Source: an uncultured Bartonella sp. (GTDB lineage Bacteria > Pseudomonadota > Alphaproteobacteria > Rhizobiales > Rhizobiaceae). Taken from it: a DNA stretch of 64,000 bases. The translations under genes and the position numbers were made by a program. The DNA is taken from the NCBI GenBank assembly GCA_946478235.1, contig CAMLBF010000006.1, positions 10,481 to 74,480 on the forward strand, written 5' to 3'. This document shows positions 31,449-42,058 of this stretch, piece by piece. Below the pieces are notes generated by a model, which saw only the letters and a list, made by a program, of their open reading frames with translations, was not told the origin of the DNA and did not search any database. How positions within the stretch are numbered: position 1 is the stretch's first letter; the number at the start of each line of letters is the position of its first letter.

Positions 31449-32468
31449 TTGGCACAAAAAATCAAACTTTCTACTATTGCCGATGCACTTGGCGTATCAA
31501 CAGCGACAGTTTCTTTGGCGCTTCGGGACAGCTCTCTCGTTGCAGATGACACACGCAACAATATTAAACAATATGCCCAACAAATTGGGTACATCTATAA
31601 CCGTCGGGCTGCAAGTTTACGTACGTCACGTTCGGGCATAGTTGGGGTGGTTGTGCACGATATTATGAACCCGTTTTTTGCGGAAATACTACGGTCGATC
31701 GAAACCGAACTTGACCGCTCCCGTCAAACCTTCATTCTTTCCAATCATTATGACCAATTGGATAAACAGCGAAATTTTATTGAAACATTGCTGCAATTAG
31801 GCGCAGATGGTGTCATTATGTCGCCAGCCATTGGTACGCCGGAAAGAGATATCCGGCTTGCGGAAGATAACGGGCTACCGGTGGTTTTTGTTGCTAGGCA
31901 TGTTGATAATGTCGACGCTCCGGTTTTTCGGGGAGATGATACCTATGGTATCTCATTAGCAACCAACCATCTCATATCATTGGGTCATAAATGTATCGCC
32001 ATGATAGGCGGTACAGATTATACCTCTACAGGACGCGATCGTTATGAGGGATATCGTCATGCAATGCAGCTTGCCGGACTTGAGGTTAAGCCTGAATGGC
32101 GCATTGAAGGGCCCCGAACAAAACAAGCAGGCTTTGAAGTTGCACCACAATTTCTCGCATTAAAAGATAAGCCAACGGCTGCTGTTTGCTTTAATGATTT
32201 GACCGCAATTGGATTAATGAATGGCATTGCACGTGCAGGTCTCGTTGCAGGACAAGATATCTCTGTGACCGGATATGACGATCTTGAAGAGGCAGCCATC
32301 GCTACACCGGCCTTAACTACGGTTTGGAATGGTCAAAGAGAAGTTGGTAGACGTGCTGCCCGTGCTCTTCTTGATCTTCTTAATGGTGTTGAAGTTCAAA
32401 ATGGACATGACCTTATCAAACCGGAATTACACATTCGCCAATCAACCGGACGTGTAAAACATCGTTAA
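31449..32468 (+). CDS. LacI-family transcriptional regulator
   Basis: TTG start with GGGAGGG upstream. It has an N-terminal HTH (LSTIADALGVSTATVSLALR) and a periplasmic-binding-fold C-terminus. Confidence 0.85.
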   Translation: MAQKIKLSTIADALGVSTATVSLALRDSSLVADDTRNNIKQYAQQIGYIYNRRAASLRTSRSGIVGVVVHDIMNPFFAEILRSIETELDRSRQTFILSNHYDQLDKQRNFIETLLQLGADGVIMSPAIGTPERDIRLAEDNGLPVVFVARHVDNVDAPVFRGDDTYGISLATNHLISLGHKCIAMIGGTDYTSTGRDRYEGYRHAMQLAGLEVKPEWRIEGPRTKQAGFEVAPQFLALKDKPTAAVCFNDLTAIGLMNGIARAGLVAGQDISVTGYDDLEEAAIATPALTTVWNGQREVGRRAARALLDLLNGVEVQNGHDLIKPELHIRQSTGRVKHR

Positions 32469-32531
32469 AGATAACCCTGCCCTAAAGTGTAAAACATTAT
32501 ATCACTATAGCGACAGCACAACATGCTGATA

Positions 32532-32578
32532 ATTTGCGGAGCGCCTCAATGGATAGCATCCAAAGCGCCTCCGCAAAT
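32532..32578. terminator. Hairpin between convergent LacI and amidotransferase genes
   Basis: A 10-bp stem ATTTGCGGAG/CTCCGCAAAT with a structured loop. Confidence 0.5.
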
Positions 32579-32604
32579 ATTCGTCAATTCTATTTGTGAA
32601 ACAC

Positions 32605-33369
32605 CTATTTGTTACGCGCATCGCGGTGTTTATAAACAGCGTCACCAAATGCTTTAAATATTTTCTGTGATGGTTCATCTGTTTTTGCCCAATATTCGGG
32701 GTGCCATTGCACACCAATCGCAAATGTCTGGGCATTTTTGACACTCACCCCTTCAATCGTACCATCGGGCGCTGTTGCTTCCATGACAAGACGTGGTGCC
32801 AGTGTTTCAATGCCTTGTTGATGGACAGAATTGACCAAAATGTCACTCTTTCCAATGATAGCAGCAAGGCATGTATTATCATGGATATGAACAGGTTGGT
32901 GAATTGCAAATTTTCGGTCATTACCTTCTGTCTCTACCGCACGATGATCATTCCGCCCTGGAATTTTTTGCAATGCAGGTGAGAGTGTGCCTCCAAGGGC
33001 AACATTAAGTTCTTGTATTCCCCGACATATGGTTAAAAGCGGTAATCCCATTTCGATTGCTGCACGTATAAGATAAAGCGATGCTGTGTCCCGCGCCCTA
33101 TCAAACGGTTCATATTCTTCTGTTGCTTTTTTTCCATATAAATGCGGTTCGACATTTGATTTTGCACCAGTTATCAAAACACCGTCAACCACAGCAAGAA
33201 TGGATTTGAGATCACTTTCATGGCCTAAAGAAGGAACAATAATGGGCGTAACCATTGCAACATCAGAAGCCGCTTTCAAATATTGCTCAGGTGCGCCATG
33301 CCAAACATAACCATCAAAAACAGGGCAATCTGATGGTACGGCAATTAAAGGTTTCTCAGTTGATGCCAT
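32605..33369 (-). CDS. Peptidase C26 / class-I glutamine amidotransferase-like hydrolase (PuuD family)
   Basis: 254 aa. The nucleophile context is LTICRGIQELN and a later block is GVQWHPE. Confidence 0.78.
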   Translation of the reverse strand: MASTEKPLIAVPSDCPVFDGYVWHGAPEQYLKAASDVAMVTPIIVPSLGHESDLKSILAVVDGVLITGAKSNVEPHLYGKKATEEYEPFDRARDTASLYLIRAAIEMGLPLLTICRGIQELNVALGGTLSPALQKIPGRNDHRAVETEGNDRKFAIHQPVHIHDNTCLAAIIGKSDILVNSVHQQGIETLAPRLVMEATAPDGTIEGVSVKNAQTFAIGVQWHPEYWAKTDEPSQKIFKAFGDAVYKHRDARNK

Positions 33370-33654
33370 TTTCTATTTCTCTTTTAAAATTTGTCTTAAA
33401 AACCCATATATATTTGACCAATTCCGGCCGGAAAACACCTTTTATATCCTAATGCCTTCAAGCACAGTTTAACAGTGCGCGCAGTCGGCATGTTGGGGTA
33501 GAAACAAAATTTTAAACAATAAGACTAGAAAAAAGGCATCTTTATCGGTAACAATAATGTGTTTTAAAATTTAAAAACGTTATCCGGCATTGTATGTAGA
33601 TAAGGGAAACACTGTTTTAAAAATAAGCTTCCTGAATGAAAAAGGAGACAACAC

Positions 33655-34908
33655 TTGGGCCAAACAATATTTGTTGCCAAAGAAACAGCCAAAGGAGAAA
33701 CACGCGTTGCAGCTTCTCCTGAAACTGTAAAAAAACTTATTAATCTCGGTTATACGGTGCTGGTCGAAAAAGGAGCCGGTCTCAACTCTCTCATTAGCGA
33801 TGAGGATTATGTTGAAGCTGGAGCATCTTCTGTCCAAAGCAATGAAGCGAAAAAAGCAGACATTATTTTAAAATTACGCCGCCCAACAGCCGCAGAAATT
33901 GCGCTGTATAAAAAAGGCGCAATTTTAATGGGTATACTTGATCCTTATGGGCATGAAGGTGAGATCGCTTCCATCGCAAAAGCTGGACTAACTGCTTTTA
34001 CAATGGAGTTTATGCCGCGTATCACACGCGCACAGGCTATGGATGTTTTATCCTCTCAAGCCAATCTTGCCGGTTATCAAGCCGTTATTGATGCGGCCGA
34101 ATATTATGACCGTGCCTTGCCAATGATGATGACAGCTGCCGGAACTGTTCCTGCTGCCAAGGTCTTTGTTATGGGGGCCGGTGTGGCAGGTTTGCAGGCA
34201 ATTGCAACAGCACGCAGACTAGGCGCATCTGTAACCGCCAATGACGTGCGCCCAGCTGCAAAAGAACAGGTTGCCTCATTGGGCGCCAAATTCATAGCGG
34301 TAGAGGATGAAGAATTTAAAGCTGCTGAAACAGCTGGTGGCTATGCGAAAGAAATGTCGAAAGACTATCAGAAAAAACAAGCAGAACTCACAGCAGACCA
34401 TATATCCAAACAGGATATTGTCATTACCACTGCGCTTATTCCAGGGCGTCCCGCTCCGCGTTTGGTAACAAAATCCATGCTGAAATCCATGCGCCCAGGT
34501 TCTGTCATTGTTGACCTTGCTGTAGAGCGTGGTGGCAATGTTGAAGGTGCTGTTGCCGATCAAGTGGTGGAAGTTGAAGGTGTTAAAATTGTCGGCTTCA
34601 CCAATGTTGCAGGTCGTATTGCAGCGACTGCATCGCAACTTTATGCCCGAAATCTGTATGCTTTTGTTGATATTCTGACGGACAAGGAAACAAAACAATT
34701 TACTGTTGATCTTAATGATGAGTTGGTAAAAGCAACATTGTTGACCAATGATGGAACAATTGTGCATCCAGCTTTTGCCGATTTGAAACCAGCGAAAAGC
34801 GATACTACAGCAACCAAAAAGAAAGTTGCATCAAAAGCAGCTAATACGCAAAAAGCTGAAACCGCTGCAAAGATTAGTAAATCAAACACAAATAAAGGAG
34901 CCAAATAA
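33655..34908 (+). CDS. pntA: NAD(P) transhydrogenase subunit alpha part 1 (PntAA, dI domain), with Lys/Ala/Thr-rich C-terminal tail
   Basis: TTG start after AAAGGAGA. It is alanine dehydrogenase/PNT-like with [20 protein letters not shown]. About 40 extra low-complexity residues follow at the C-terminus. Confidence 0.9.
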   Translation: MGQTIFVAKETAKGETRVAASPETVKKLINLGYTVLVEKGAGLNSLISDEDYVEAGASSVQSNEAKKADIILKLRRPTAAEIALYKKGAILMGILDPYGHEGEIASIAKAGLTAFTMEFMPRITRAQAMDVLSSQANLAGYQAVIDAAEYYDRALPMMMTAAGTVPAAKVFVMGAGVAGLQAIATARRLGASVTANDVRPAAKEQVASLGAKFIAVEDEEFKAAETAGGYAKEMSKDYQKKQAELTADHISKQDIVITTALIPGRPAPRLVTKSMLKSMRPGSVIVDLAVERGGNVEGAVADQVVEVEGVKIVGFTNVAGRIAATASQLYARNLYAFVDILTDKETKQFTVDLNDELVKATLLTNDGTIVHPAFADLKPAKSDTTATKKKVASKAANTQKAETAAKISKSNTNKGAK

Positions 34909-35318
34909 TGGCAAACGAGGCTCTTAACAAAGCCCTTGACGGCTTAGATCAAGCCGTTGCCGCTGTCCATGAGGCAAGTGGCCAATTAAGTGAAACGACC
35001 GCTCAAGTCGTGCATGCTGCCAGTGGTGGTGTAATCGACCCATTTATTTTTCAACTGGCAATATTCGTTTTGGCAATATTTGTTGGTTATTATGTTGTTT
35101 GGGCTGTTACTCCTGCGCTTCATACGCCATTAATGGCCGTAACAAACGCTATCTCTTCCGTTATCGTAGTAGGTGCATTACTTGCTGTCGGGCTTTCTGC
35201 CTCTGGACTAGCAGGTACATTCGGTTTTATTGCGCTTATTCTCGCTAGTGTAAATATTTTTGGCGGCTTTCTTGTAACGCAACGTATGCTTGCCATGTAT
35301 AAGAAAAAAGAAAAGTAA
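34908..35318 (+). CDS. pntA: NAD(P) transhydrogenase subunit alpha part 2 (PntAB, membrane dII)
   Basis: 136 aa with a TAATG overlap onto PntAA. It has three to four TM helices ending in [11 protein letters not shown]. Confidence 0.85.
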   Translation: MANEALNKALDGLDQAVAAVHEASGQLSETTAQVVHAASGGVIDPFIFQLAIFVLAIFVGYYVVWAVTPALHTPLMAVTNAISSVIVVGALLAVGLSASGLAGTFGFIALILASVNIFGGFLVTQRMLAMYKKKEK

Positions 35319-35329
35319 GGATGTAAGAC

Positions 35330-36730
35330 ATGAGTGTAAATTTTGCAGCCTTTCTTTATCTCGTCTCTGGTGTCATGTTCATCATGGCATTACGTGGGCT
35401 TTCTCACCCGACAACAAGCCGCAAAGGCAATACCTATGGCATGATCGGTATGGCTATCGCCATTATTACGACTTTGCTTTTGGCAAAGCCTAGTTTTGGC
35501 GGCCTTGTCATGATTATAATTGGCCTCGCCATTGGTGGTGCTATTGGCGCTGTGGTTGCGCGTCGCATTGCAATGACAGCAATGCCGCAACTTGTTGCCT
35601 TCTTCCATTCCCTTGTGGGTCTTGCCGCAGTCATGGTGGCAGCCGGTGCGCTTTATTCACCACATTCTTTCGGAATTGGTGAAGTTGGTTCTATTCATGG
35701 TCGTGCGCTTGTTGAAATGGCATTAGGCGTTGCTATCGGTGCTATTACCTTTACTGGTTCCATTATCGCCTTTTTGAAACTTGATGGACGTATGTCTGGC
35801 AAACCAATTATTCTGCCAAACCGCCATCTAATCAACATAGCATTAGGTGCAGCAATCATTGTTTTGATTGCTATTTTGGTTGGAACAGAAAGCCATTTTG
35901 TTTTCTGGCTTATTGTCCTTCTGTCGCTTGTTATTGGTGTTACGCTTATTGTACCAATTGGCGGTGCCGATATGCCAGTTGTGGTATCAATGCTCAATTC
36001 CTATTCTGGTTGGGCAGCGGCAGGTATCGGTTTTACGCTAGGCAATATGGCACTTATCATTACCGGTGCTCTTGTTGGTTCTTCTGGTGCTATTCTTTCC
36101 TACATCATGTGTAAAGGCATGAACCGGTCGTTCATTTCTGTCATTCTTGGTGGCTTTGGTGGCGATAGCGCCGTTGCAGCAGCCCATAATGAAGTTGAGC
36201 GCCGCCCCGTCAAACAGGGTTCGGCAGATGATGCAGCATTTATTATGAAAAATGCTAATAAAGTTATCATCGTTCCTGGTTACGGTATGGCAGTTGCACA
36301 AGCTCAACATGCGCTACGTGAAATGGCCGATAAACTTAAGGAAAATGGTGTTGAAATCAAATATGCGATTCATCCGGTAGCAGGTCGTATGCCAGGGCAT
36401 ATGAATGTTTTATTGGCGGAAGCTAATGTGCCTTATGATGAGGTTTTTGAACTTGATGACATCAATTCAGAGTTTTCGACTGCCGATGTAGCTTTTGTGA
36501 TTGGTGCGAATGACGTTACCAATCCTGCTGCTAAAACAGATCCATCTTCGCCAATTTTTGGTATGCCTATTCTAGATGTATCCAAGGCAGGCACTGTGCT
36601 GTTTCTCAAGCGTGGTATGGGAACAGGCTATTCAGGTGTCGAAAACGAACTGTTTTTCCATGACAACACAATGATGCTTTTTGGCGATGCCAAAAAGATG
36701 GTTGAGAGTATTGTCAAAGCAATGGAATAA
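35330..36730 (+). CDS. pntB: NAD(P) transhydrogenase subunit beta
   Basis: 466 aa with a membrane N-terminus and the dIII domain (IVPGYGMAVAQAQH, HPVAGRMPGHMNVLLAEA). Confidence 0.95.
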   Translation: MSVNFAAFLYLVSGVMFIMALRGLSHPTTSRKGNTYGMIGMAIAIITTLLLAKPSFGGLVMIIIGLAIGGAIGAVVARRIAMTAMPQLVAFFHSLVGLAAVMVAAGALYSPHSFGIGEVGSIHGRALVEMALGVAIGAITFTGSIIAFLKLDGRMSGKPIILPNRHLINIALGAAIIVLIAILVGTESHFVFWLIVLLSLVIGVTLIVPIGGADMPVVVSMLNSYSGWAAAGIGFTLGNMALIITGALVGSSGAILSYIMCKGMNRSFISVILGGFGGDSAVAAAHNEVERRPVKQGSADDAAFIMKNANKVIIVPGYGMAVAQAQHALREMADKLKENGVEIKYAIHPVAGRMPGHMNVLLAEANVPYDEVFELDDINSEFSTADVAFVIGANDVTNPAAKTDPSSPIFGMPILDVSKAGTVLFLKRGMGTGYSGVENELFFHDNTMMLFGDAKKMVESIVKAME

Positions 36731-36736
36731 ATTAAG

Positions 36737-36763
36737 ATGCCGCCTTCTAGGCGGCATTTTTTT
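36737..36763 (+). terminator. pnt operon terminator
   Basis: ATGCCGCC-TTCTA-GGCGGCAT followed by TTTTTT. Confidence 0.85.
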
Positions 36764-36775
36764 AAAAGGTGAAGC

Positions 36776-37978
36776 ATGGCAACATCAGCACAACAAATGA
36801 GATCGTGGCAAGGTCCTGCATTGCTAAGTTATGGTTATAGACCATTTTTCCTTTTTGCTAGCATCTGGGCTGTTTTTAGCATCATTGCATGGGTAATGAC
36901 ATTTACCGGACATGAAACATTGGCCATCGCAATTGATCCTTTTTCATGGCATGCTCATAGTTTTTTGTTTGGTTATCTTTGGGCAGTTATTGCTGGTTTT
37001 CTCATGACTGCGGTTCCAAACTGGACAGGCCGCTTACCGATTGTTGGTTGGCCACTCGCAACACTGGTTGCACTCTGGTTAATCGGGCGCATTGCAATGA
37101 CTTTTTCCTATTATTTACCGATTGGCGTAACCATTGCATGTGATCTTCTATTTCCATTAGCTTTCACATTTGCCATTGGGCGTGAAATTATAATGGGCAA
37201 GAACTGGCGTAATTTAAAAATCCTAATTTTGCTTGTTATGCTTTTTTGTGCCAATTGCTTATTTGATGGTGAAGCATTTTCACAAGTTTACGCGGCCGAT
37301 AGCTATGGTGCACGATGTGCATTGGCAATTGCCGTGTTTCTAATTGCTATTATCGGCGGCAGAATTATCCCAAGCTTCACACGCAATTGGATGGTAAAAC
37401 AATCTATTACCAATTTACCAGCGCCCCATAATAAAATTGATCAAGCCATTATGATTTTTACCGCAATATGTCTGGTTTTTTGGGTTATTTGGCCTGATGC
37501 AATCTTCACTGCCATTATCGGTGGCATCTGCGGATTAGCCAATTTCTATCGTCTCATTCGCTGGCATGGTTGGCTTACCAAAAAAGAACCATTGGTATGG
37601 GTTTTACACCTAGGGTTCCTATTCATACCGCTTGGTTTTATAGCCTTAACACTAAGCACCTTTGATATTCTGCATGGTGGAAGAGCACCTGTTCAACATC
37701 TCTGGATGGCTGGTGGCATTGGCTTAATGACCATTGCCGTTATGACACGTGCAAGCTTAGGCCATGCTGGACGACCACTGACTGTCTCGTGGCCAGTCGT
37801 TTTGGTGTATTGTGGTTTATTCTGTTCTGTCGTTTTACGCGTGATCGCTGGCATTGCAGATAATGATCTAACAATGCTGAATATATCCGGCACTTTATGG
37901 ATTTTGGCGTTTTTTGGTTTTGTGGTTCTTTATTGGAATATTCTGACCAAACCACGTCAGCCAAGAACACCAAATTAA
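36776..37978 (+). CDS. nnrS: NnrS family membrane protein
   Basis: 400 aa with about 12 TM segments. YRPFFL near the N-terminus and H-rich TM motifs are typical of NnrS. Confidence 0.78.
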   Translation: MATSAQQMRSWQGPALLSYGYRPFFLFASIWAVFSIIAWVMTFTGHETLAIAIDPFSWHAHSFLFGYLWAVIAGFLMTAVPNWTGRLPIVGWPLATLVALWLIGRIAMTFSYYLPIGVTIACDLLFPLAFTFAIGREIIMGKNWRNLKILILLVMLFCANCLFDGEAFSQVYAADSYGARCALAIAVFLIAIIGGRIIPSFTRNWMVKQSITNLPAPHNKIDQAIMIFTAICLVFWVIWPDAIFTAIIGGICGLANFYRLIRWHGWLTKKEPLVWVLHLGFLFIPLGFIALTLSTFDILHGGRAPVQHLWMAGGIGLMTIAVMTRASLGHAGRPLTVSWPVVLVYCGLFCSVVLRVIAGIADNDLTMLNISGTLWILAFFGFVVLYWNILTKPRQPRTPN

Positions 37979-37993
37979 AATTTTAAACAAATA

Positions 37994-38022
37994 AAAAGAG
38001 CGGAAAACATCTCCGCTCTTTT
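37994..38022. terminator. Bidirectional intrinsic terminator
   Basis: AAAAGAGCGGA-AAACATC-TCCGCTCTTTT. Confidence 0.85.
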
Positions 38023-38083
38023 GATCGTTGAATATTATATTTTATAAAACACCAACAAAATTCACACAGATTTTACAGTCGGT

Positions 38084-39406
38084 TTAAACTTGACCATAAA
38101 TTAGGCGATCCTGTTCTTTACGCAACTTAGCAATCCATTGAGACTCATTAATCGCAACATTTTTTGCAGTAATAAGTTCATTCTTTTTAATTGGCGCGGT
38201 TACAGTCGCGCCTTCTAAAAGGCCACATGGTATAGCTTGCGCATGACGTGCTTCTTCTACTCGCATATTCCAAGCGCGATAGGTGTAAAGACCGATAAAA
38301 TCAAGTTTATCACCAGGTTGCATATCCTTTTTTGCAACGGCACAAACTTCAGCCACTGGGCGATCAAGCGGCACCATATCCGGTTTGCCATAAAGCATGA
38401 CACGTGCGCATGTTAGAGGAACTTCCATTGCCGTCAAATGGTATGGGCGATGGAACGTGAAATATGGCCCCTCACCTATTTTTAAATCTTCCATACGCTC
38501 CCAAACACGCGGATGCCGCATTTCTGCAACAACAAACACACCCGGTGAAACTCCCCGACCAATTGAATAATCAACCACACCGGACCGGCTTAATACGCCA
38601 CCATCCTTTTGTGGAATAAGTACCTTATTCAGTTGGTCAATATCCGCTTTGGGACCATGCATACCAGCGCAATCCGGTACTAACCCCGTTGCATTGGCAA
38701 TGGCTGTCATTTCTACCATTGTTTTTGAGCCGTCAATAAATTCGACAAGCATACGCACATTCATGTTGCGGCGCTGCGCTTCTTCTTCATAGTCATCAGG
38801 AACTGCATCAAAAACAAGCGGATTATTTTTTCCCTTGCCAGCAGCGACCACTTTATGCCCCAAAGCTGAAACAAATTCGATAAGTTCCATACAGGAAGAT
38901 GGTTCGTCACCAGCACCTAATGTATAAATCAGTCCTCTTTTATCCGCCTCATGCTTTAAATAAGGACCAATTGTTACATCAGCCTCAACATTCATCATAA
39001 CCAGATGCTTGTTATTCTGTAACGTTTTATAGCCAATTTCGGCACCAGCTTCAGGATAGCCGGTAGCGTCAACAACAATATCAACCAATTCATTTTTCAA
39101 TAAAAGATCAAGATCACCTGTTGCGGCAATCTTTCCCTCTTCAATTGCGGCTGTCATAGCTGAAGCATTTTCAACTTCTTTCGCATGTTCACTTTCACCA
39201 TAGGCAATTTCTGCTGCTTCAATTACACGTGATGGTGTGCGAGTGGAAACTGCTGCAACCTCTATACCGTCCATATGCGCAACACCGGTTAAAAGATCAG
39301 TTCCCATTTCACCGCAGCCAACCAGCCCTATACGTATAGGTTTGCCAGTTTCACCGCGCTTTTTCAAATCGCGTGCCAAACCAAGAAGGGCTACATTGCT
39401 TGTCAT
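38084..39406 (-). CDS. NAD(P)-binding oxidoreductase with C-terminal SAF domain (COG4091, predicted homoserine dehydrogenase-like)
   Basis: 440 aa with a Rossmann start IGLVGCGEMG, an Asp/homoserine-DH-like middle and a SAF-like C-terminus. The physiological substrate is unknown. Confidence 0.6.
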   Translation of the reverse strand: MTSNVALLGLARDLKKRGETGKPIRIGLVGCGEMGTDLLTGVAHMDGIEVAAVSTRTPSRVIEAAEIAYGESEHAKEVENASAMTAAIEEGKIAATGDLDLLLKNELVDIVVDATGYPEAGAEIGYKTLQNNKHLVMMNVEADVTIGPYLKHEADKRGLIYTLGAGDEPSSCMELIEFVSALGHKVVAAGKGKNNPLVFDAVPDDYEEEAQRRNMNVRMLVEFIDGSKTMVEMTAIANATGLVPDCAGMHGPKADIDQLNKVLIPQKDGGVLSRSGVVDYSIGRGVSPGVFVVAEMRHPRVWERMEDLKIGEGPYFTFHRPYHLTAMEVPLTCARVMLYGKPDMVPLDRPVAEVCAVAKKDMQPGDKLDFIGLYTYRAWNMRVEEARHAQAIPCGLLEGATVTAPIKKNELITAKNVAINESQWIAKLRKEQDRLIYGQV

Positions 39407-39707
39407 TTTTATTCTCCAGACTTTTGGACTACAAAAATGGAATGCACCAAATTGTGGTGCTTTGTTTGTGATAAACGCTCGTCCAATAGTGCTTATTCTA
39501 AATCAACTGTCTAATAATAAGCATGAACAATTGCAAGGTTTCACGTTAAACCAAGCAAATAGTGTTGAAACGTAAAAGCGGCAAACAATATTACAGAACA
39601 AAAATTTGCGTGATGCCGCCAACACAGATATAAGTCCTACAAAATTAATCAGTATTGTGGCAGTTGAGTGCTATCTACACTGCCGATTAGCGATAGGGAG
39701 ACTAAGT

Positions 39708-40181
39708 ATGCCTGGTAAAGTCACGGTTGATGACATTCCTGCGTCAATTGGCAAAGAAGTGGGTGTTTCAAATTGGCGGCTTGTTACACAAGAGATGATC
39801 AATTTGTTTGCCGATGCCACTGATGATCATCAATGGATCCATGTTGACGAAGAAAAAGCGAAGGAGACACCTTTCGGGGGTACAATTGCCCACGGTTTTT
39901 TAACCCTATCCTTATTGTCCACCCTTGCTTATGAAGCCCTGCCAGAACTTGAAGGTACCACCATGGGTATCAATTATGGTTTTGACAAAGTAAGACTTAT
40001 GAGCCCAGTTAAAACTGGCTCTAAAGTACGGGCAAGATTTGTTTTGAGCGATGCAGAAATTCGCCCATCAGGCCGAGTTGTTTTTCACTATGAAGTTACA
40101 TTAGAAATAGAAAATGTAAAAAAACCAGCTCTTGTTGCCAATTGGATTACTATAGCAATGGTACCCCCTAAGAGCGCCTAA
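39708..40181 (+). CDS. MaoC-like (R)-specific enoyl-CoA hydratase/dehydratase hot-dog protein
   Basis: 157 aa from ATG 39708 (AGGGAGA upstream). DDHQWIHVDEEKA and IAHGFLTLSL are present. The track ORF starts at 39606. Confidence 0.8.
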   Translation: MPGKVTVDDIPASIGKEVGVSNWRLVTQEMINLFADATDDHQWIHVDEEKAKETPFGGTIAHGFLTLSLLSTLAYEALPELEGTTMGINYGFDKVRLMSPVKTGSKVRARFVLSDAEIRPSGRVVFHYEVTLEIENVKKPALVANWITIAMVPPKSA

Positions 40182-40696
40182 CTCTTTATTAGCGTGACAT
40201 CATCATATATATTTTCATGGTGGTGTCACGAACTCACAAAAAATAGCTAAGATATGCTTTTCAACGTGTAACGTTTTAATATGCTGCATATAAAGTTTGG
40301 GTGAAGGCACACATATTCAAATTGCCTTACATGTGAGTGACAAAGACGACTCATTTGTCCATCGAGCGCGCAATCTTTTCAAACACCTCATAAAAACAAA
40401 TAAGATAGGTGCTGAAATATAAGAGTGAGTCTTATTTCACTTTATAAAAACGCCAATTCATTACGCCTCAACCCATCTTTATCAATAAATAGAACCGTGA
40501 TTTTTCAAGAATCTGTTGTATTTTAAACAAATAGGTGTCTTATTTTACCAAAAATAGCAGCTTTTATAAAAGCAATGTAGACAAAGCCTTATGGAATGTG
40601 GTATTCGCCACACAATAATTTATTGTCCTACCATGACGGTAGGGATTATGGGGTGTACCCATTTAACGTAGACATTGAAACAAAGCAGGATTAAAC

Positions 40697-40924
40697 GTGC
40701 AAGTACTCGTTCGCGATAATAATGTTGATCAGGCGCTACGTGCGCTGAAAAAGAAAATGCAACGTGAAGGCATCTTCCGTGAAATGAAGATGCGTGGTCA
40801 TTACGAAAAGCCGTCGGAAAAGCGCGCTCGTGAAAAGGCTGAAGCTGTACGTCGTGCTCGCAAGTTGGCTCGTAAACGTGCCCAGCGTGAAGGATTGGTT
40901 AGTGGCCGCGCTGCTGCCCACTAA
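40697..40924 (+). CDS. rpsU: 30S ribosomal protein S21
   Basis: GTG start. The product is 75 aa: [50 protein letters not shown]. Confidence 0.92.
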   Translation: MQVLVRDNNVDQALRALKKKMQREGIFREMKMRGHYEKPSEKRAREKAEAVRRARKLARKRAQREGLVSGRAAAH

Positions 40925-41128
40925 TATTGCAAAATATTAAAAACAATCTGCGAACCGTAAAACAGATACCTTTGCTATAGGATTTATTTTGCAGAATTTG
41001 TGGAATGTTTTTTGAGTTATCTAGATATTAGAGTGGAGATGCATTTGGCATTTCCACTTTTTTGTTAAAAAACCTATTCTATTTTAATATTAGATATTTC
41101 CACTTGCCCTGAAACAGGATTGGGTCCG

Positions 41129-41944
41129 ATGAAAAAATTGAAACTATCCACTTTTTTTCTTTTAGGTGCTATTACCTTAGCAGGCTGTACATCAAACAAT
41201 ACCGTACTTGATCCGGAAGATGTCGCCCAGGGCTCACGAGAAAATATTTCTTCGCTTACCGCTGTTATTAAAAGCAACCCACGCGATCCATCAGGTTATA
41301 ATGTTCGTGGTTCTGCTTATGGTAAAGCTGGCCGTTATAAAGAAGCTATTGCTGATTTTACTACAGCAATCCAGCTTAACCCGAATTTTTATAATGCCTA
41401 TGCAAATAGAGCATTAATTTACCGCAATATGGGCAACTATAATGCTGCATTGGCAGATTATAACAAAGCACTACAGCTTAACCCAAGCTATGATGTTGCC
41501 CTTATTGGACGTGGTAATGTTTACCGCATGAGTGGCAAACTCGATCTTGCCTATAATGATTTTAACCAAGCCATTCAATTAGGCACAACAGATGGTCGCG
41601 CATGGCATAACCGTGCACTGATTGAACAAGCACGCGGTGACCAACAAGCCGCTATTGCCGATTTTGGATTGGCTTTATCACGCCAGCCAAATGCCCCTGC
41701 CCCTTATAACGGGCGTGGATTATCTTATGTTGCTTTGGGCGATTGGGATAATGCTTTTGACGATTTCAATGCCGCGATACGACTAGACAGTAATGTTGCT
41801 GAAAGCTGGTCAAATCAGGCAATGGTTTATGAACATCGCGGTGACAAGAAACGTGCCTACAATTCTTATACAAAGGCTGTTTCTTTAGATCCAAATTTCA
41901 AACCAGCCAAAGAAGGGCTTAAACGCACACGTGGCGGTTGGTAA
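41129..41944 (+). CDS. TPR-repeat lipoprotein
   Basis: ATG 41129 gives MKKLKLSTFFLLGAITLAGC with a lipobox. Repeated 34-aa TPR units follow (AIxDFxxAIQLNPNF...). Confidence 0.8.
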   Translation: MKKLKLSTFFLLGAITLAGCTSNNTVLDPEDVAQGSRENISSLTAVIKSNPRDPSGYNVRGSAYGKAGRYKEAIADFTTAIQLNPNFYNAYANRALIYRNMGNYNAALADYNKALQLNPSYDVALIGRGNVYRMSGKLDLAYNDFNQAIQLGTTDGRAWHNRALIEQARGDQQAAIADFGLALSRQPNAPAPYNGRGLSYVALGDWDNAFDDFNAAIRLDSNVAESWSNQAMVYEHRGDKKRAYNSYTKAVSLDPNFKPAKEGLKRTRGGW

Positions 41945-41961
41945 GAATAAGATTGAAGTTT

Positions 41962-41996
41962 AAAAAGCCCGGAAAAGATAATTTTCCGGGCTTTTA
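41962..41996. terminator. Bidirectional intrinsic terminator
   Basis: AAAAGCCCGGAAAA-GATAAT-TTTTCCGGGCTTTT. Confidence 0.88.
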
Positions 41997-42058
41997 TTTT
42001 GTATATTTAAAATATCCTATCAAATATACGCATTGTCACTTTTATCAAAAATAACAAA

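Noticed and set aside
39537-39552. parS-like GGTTTCACGTTAAACC in the spacer between the COG4091 and MaoC genes
   Set aside because: It matches 13/16 to TGTTNCACGTGAAACA but breaks the central CACGTG core (CACGTT) and is not a perfect palindrome. No parAB or origin-proximal genes are nearby.
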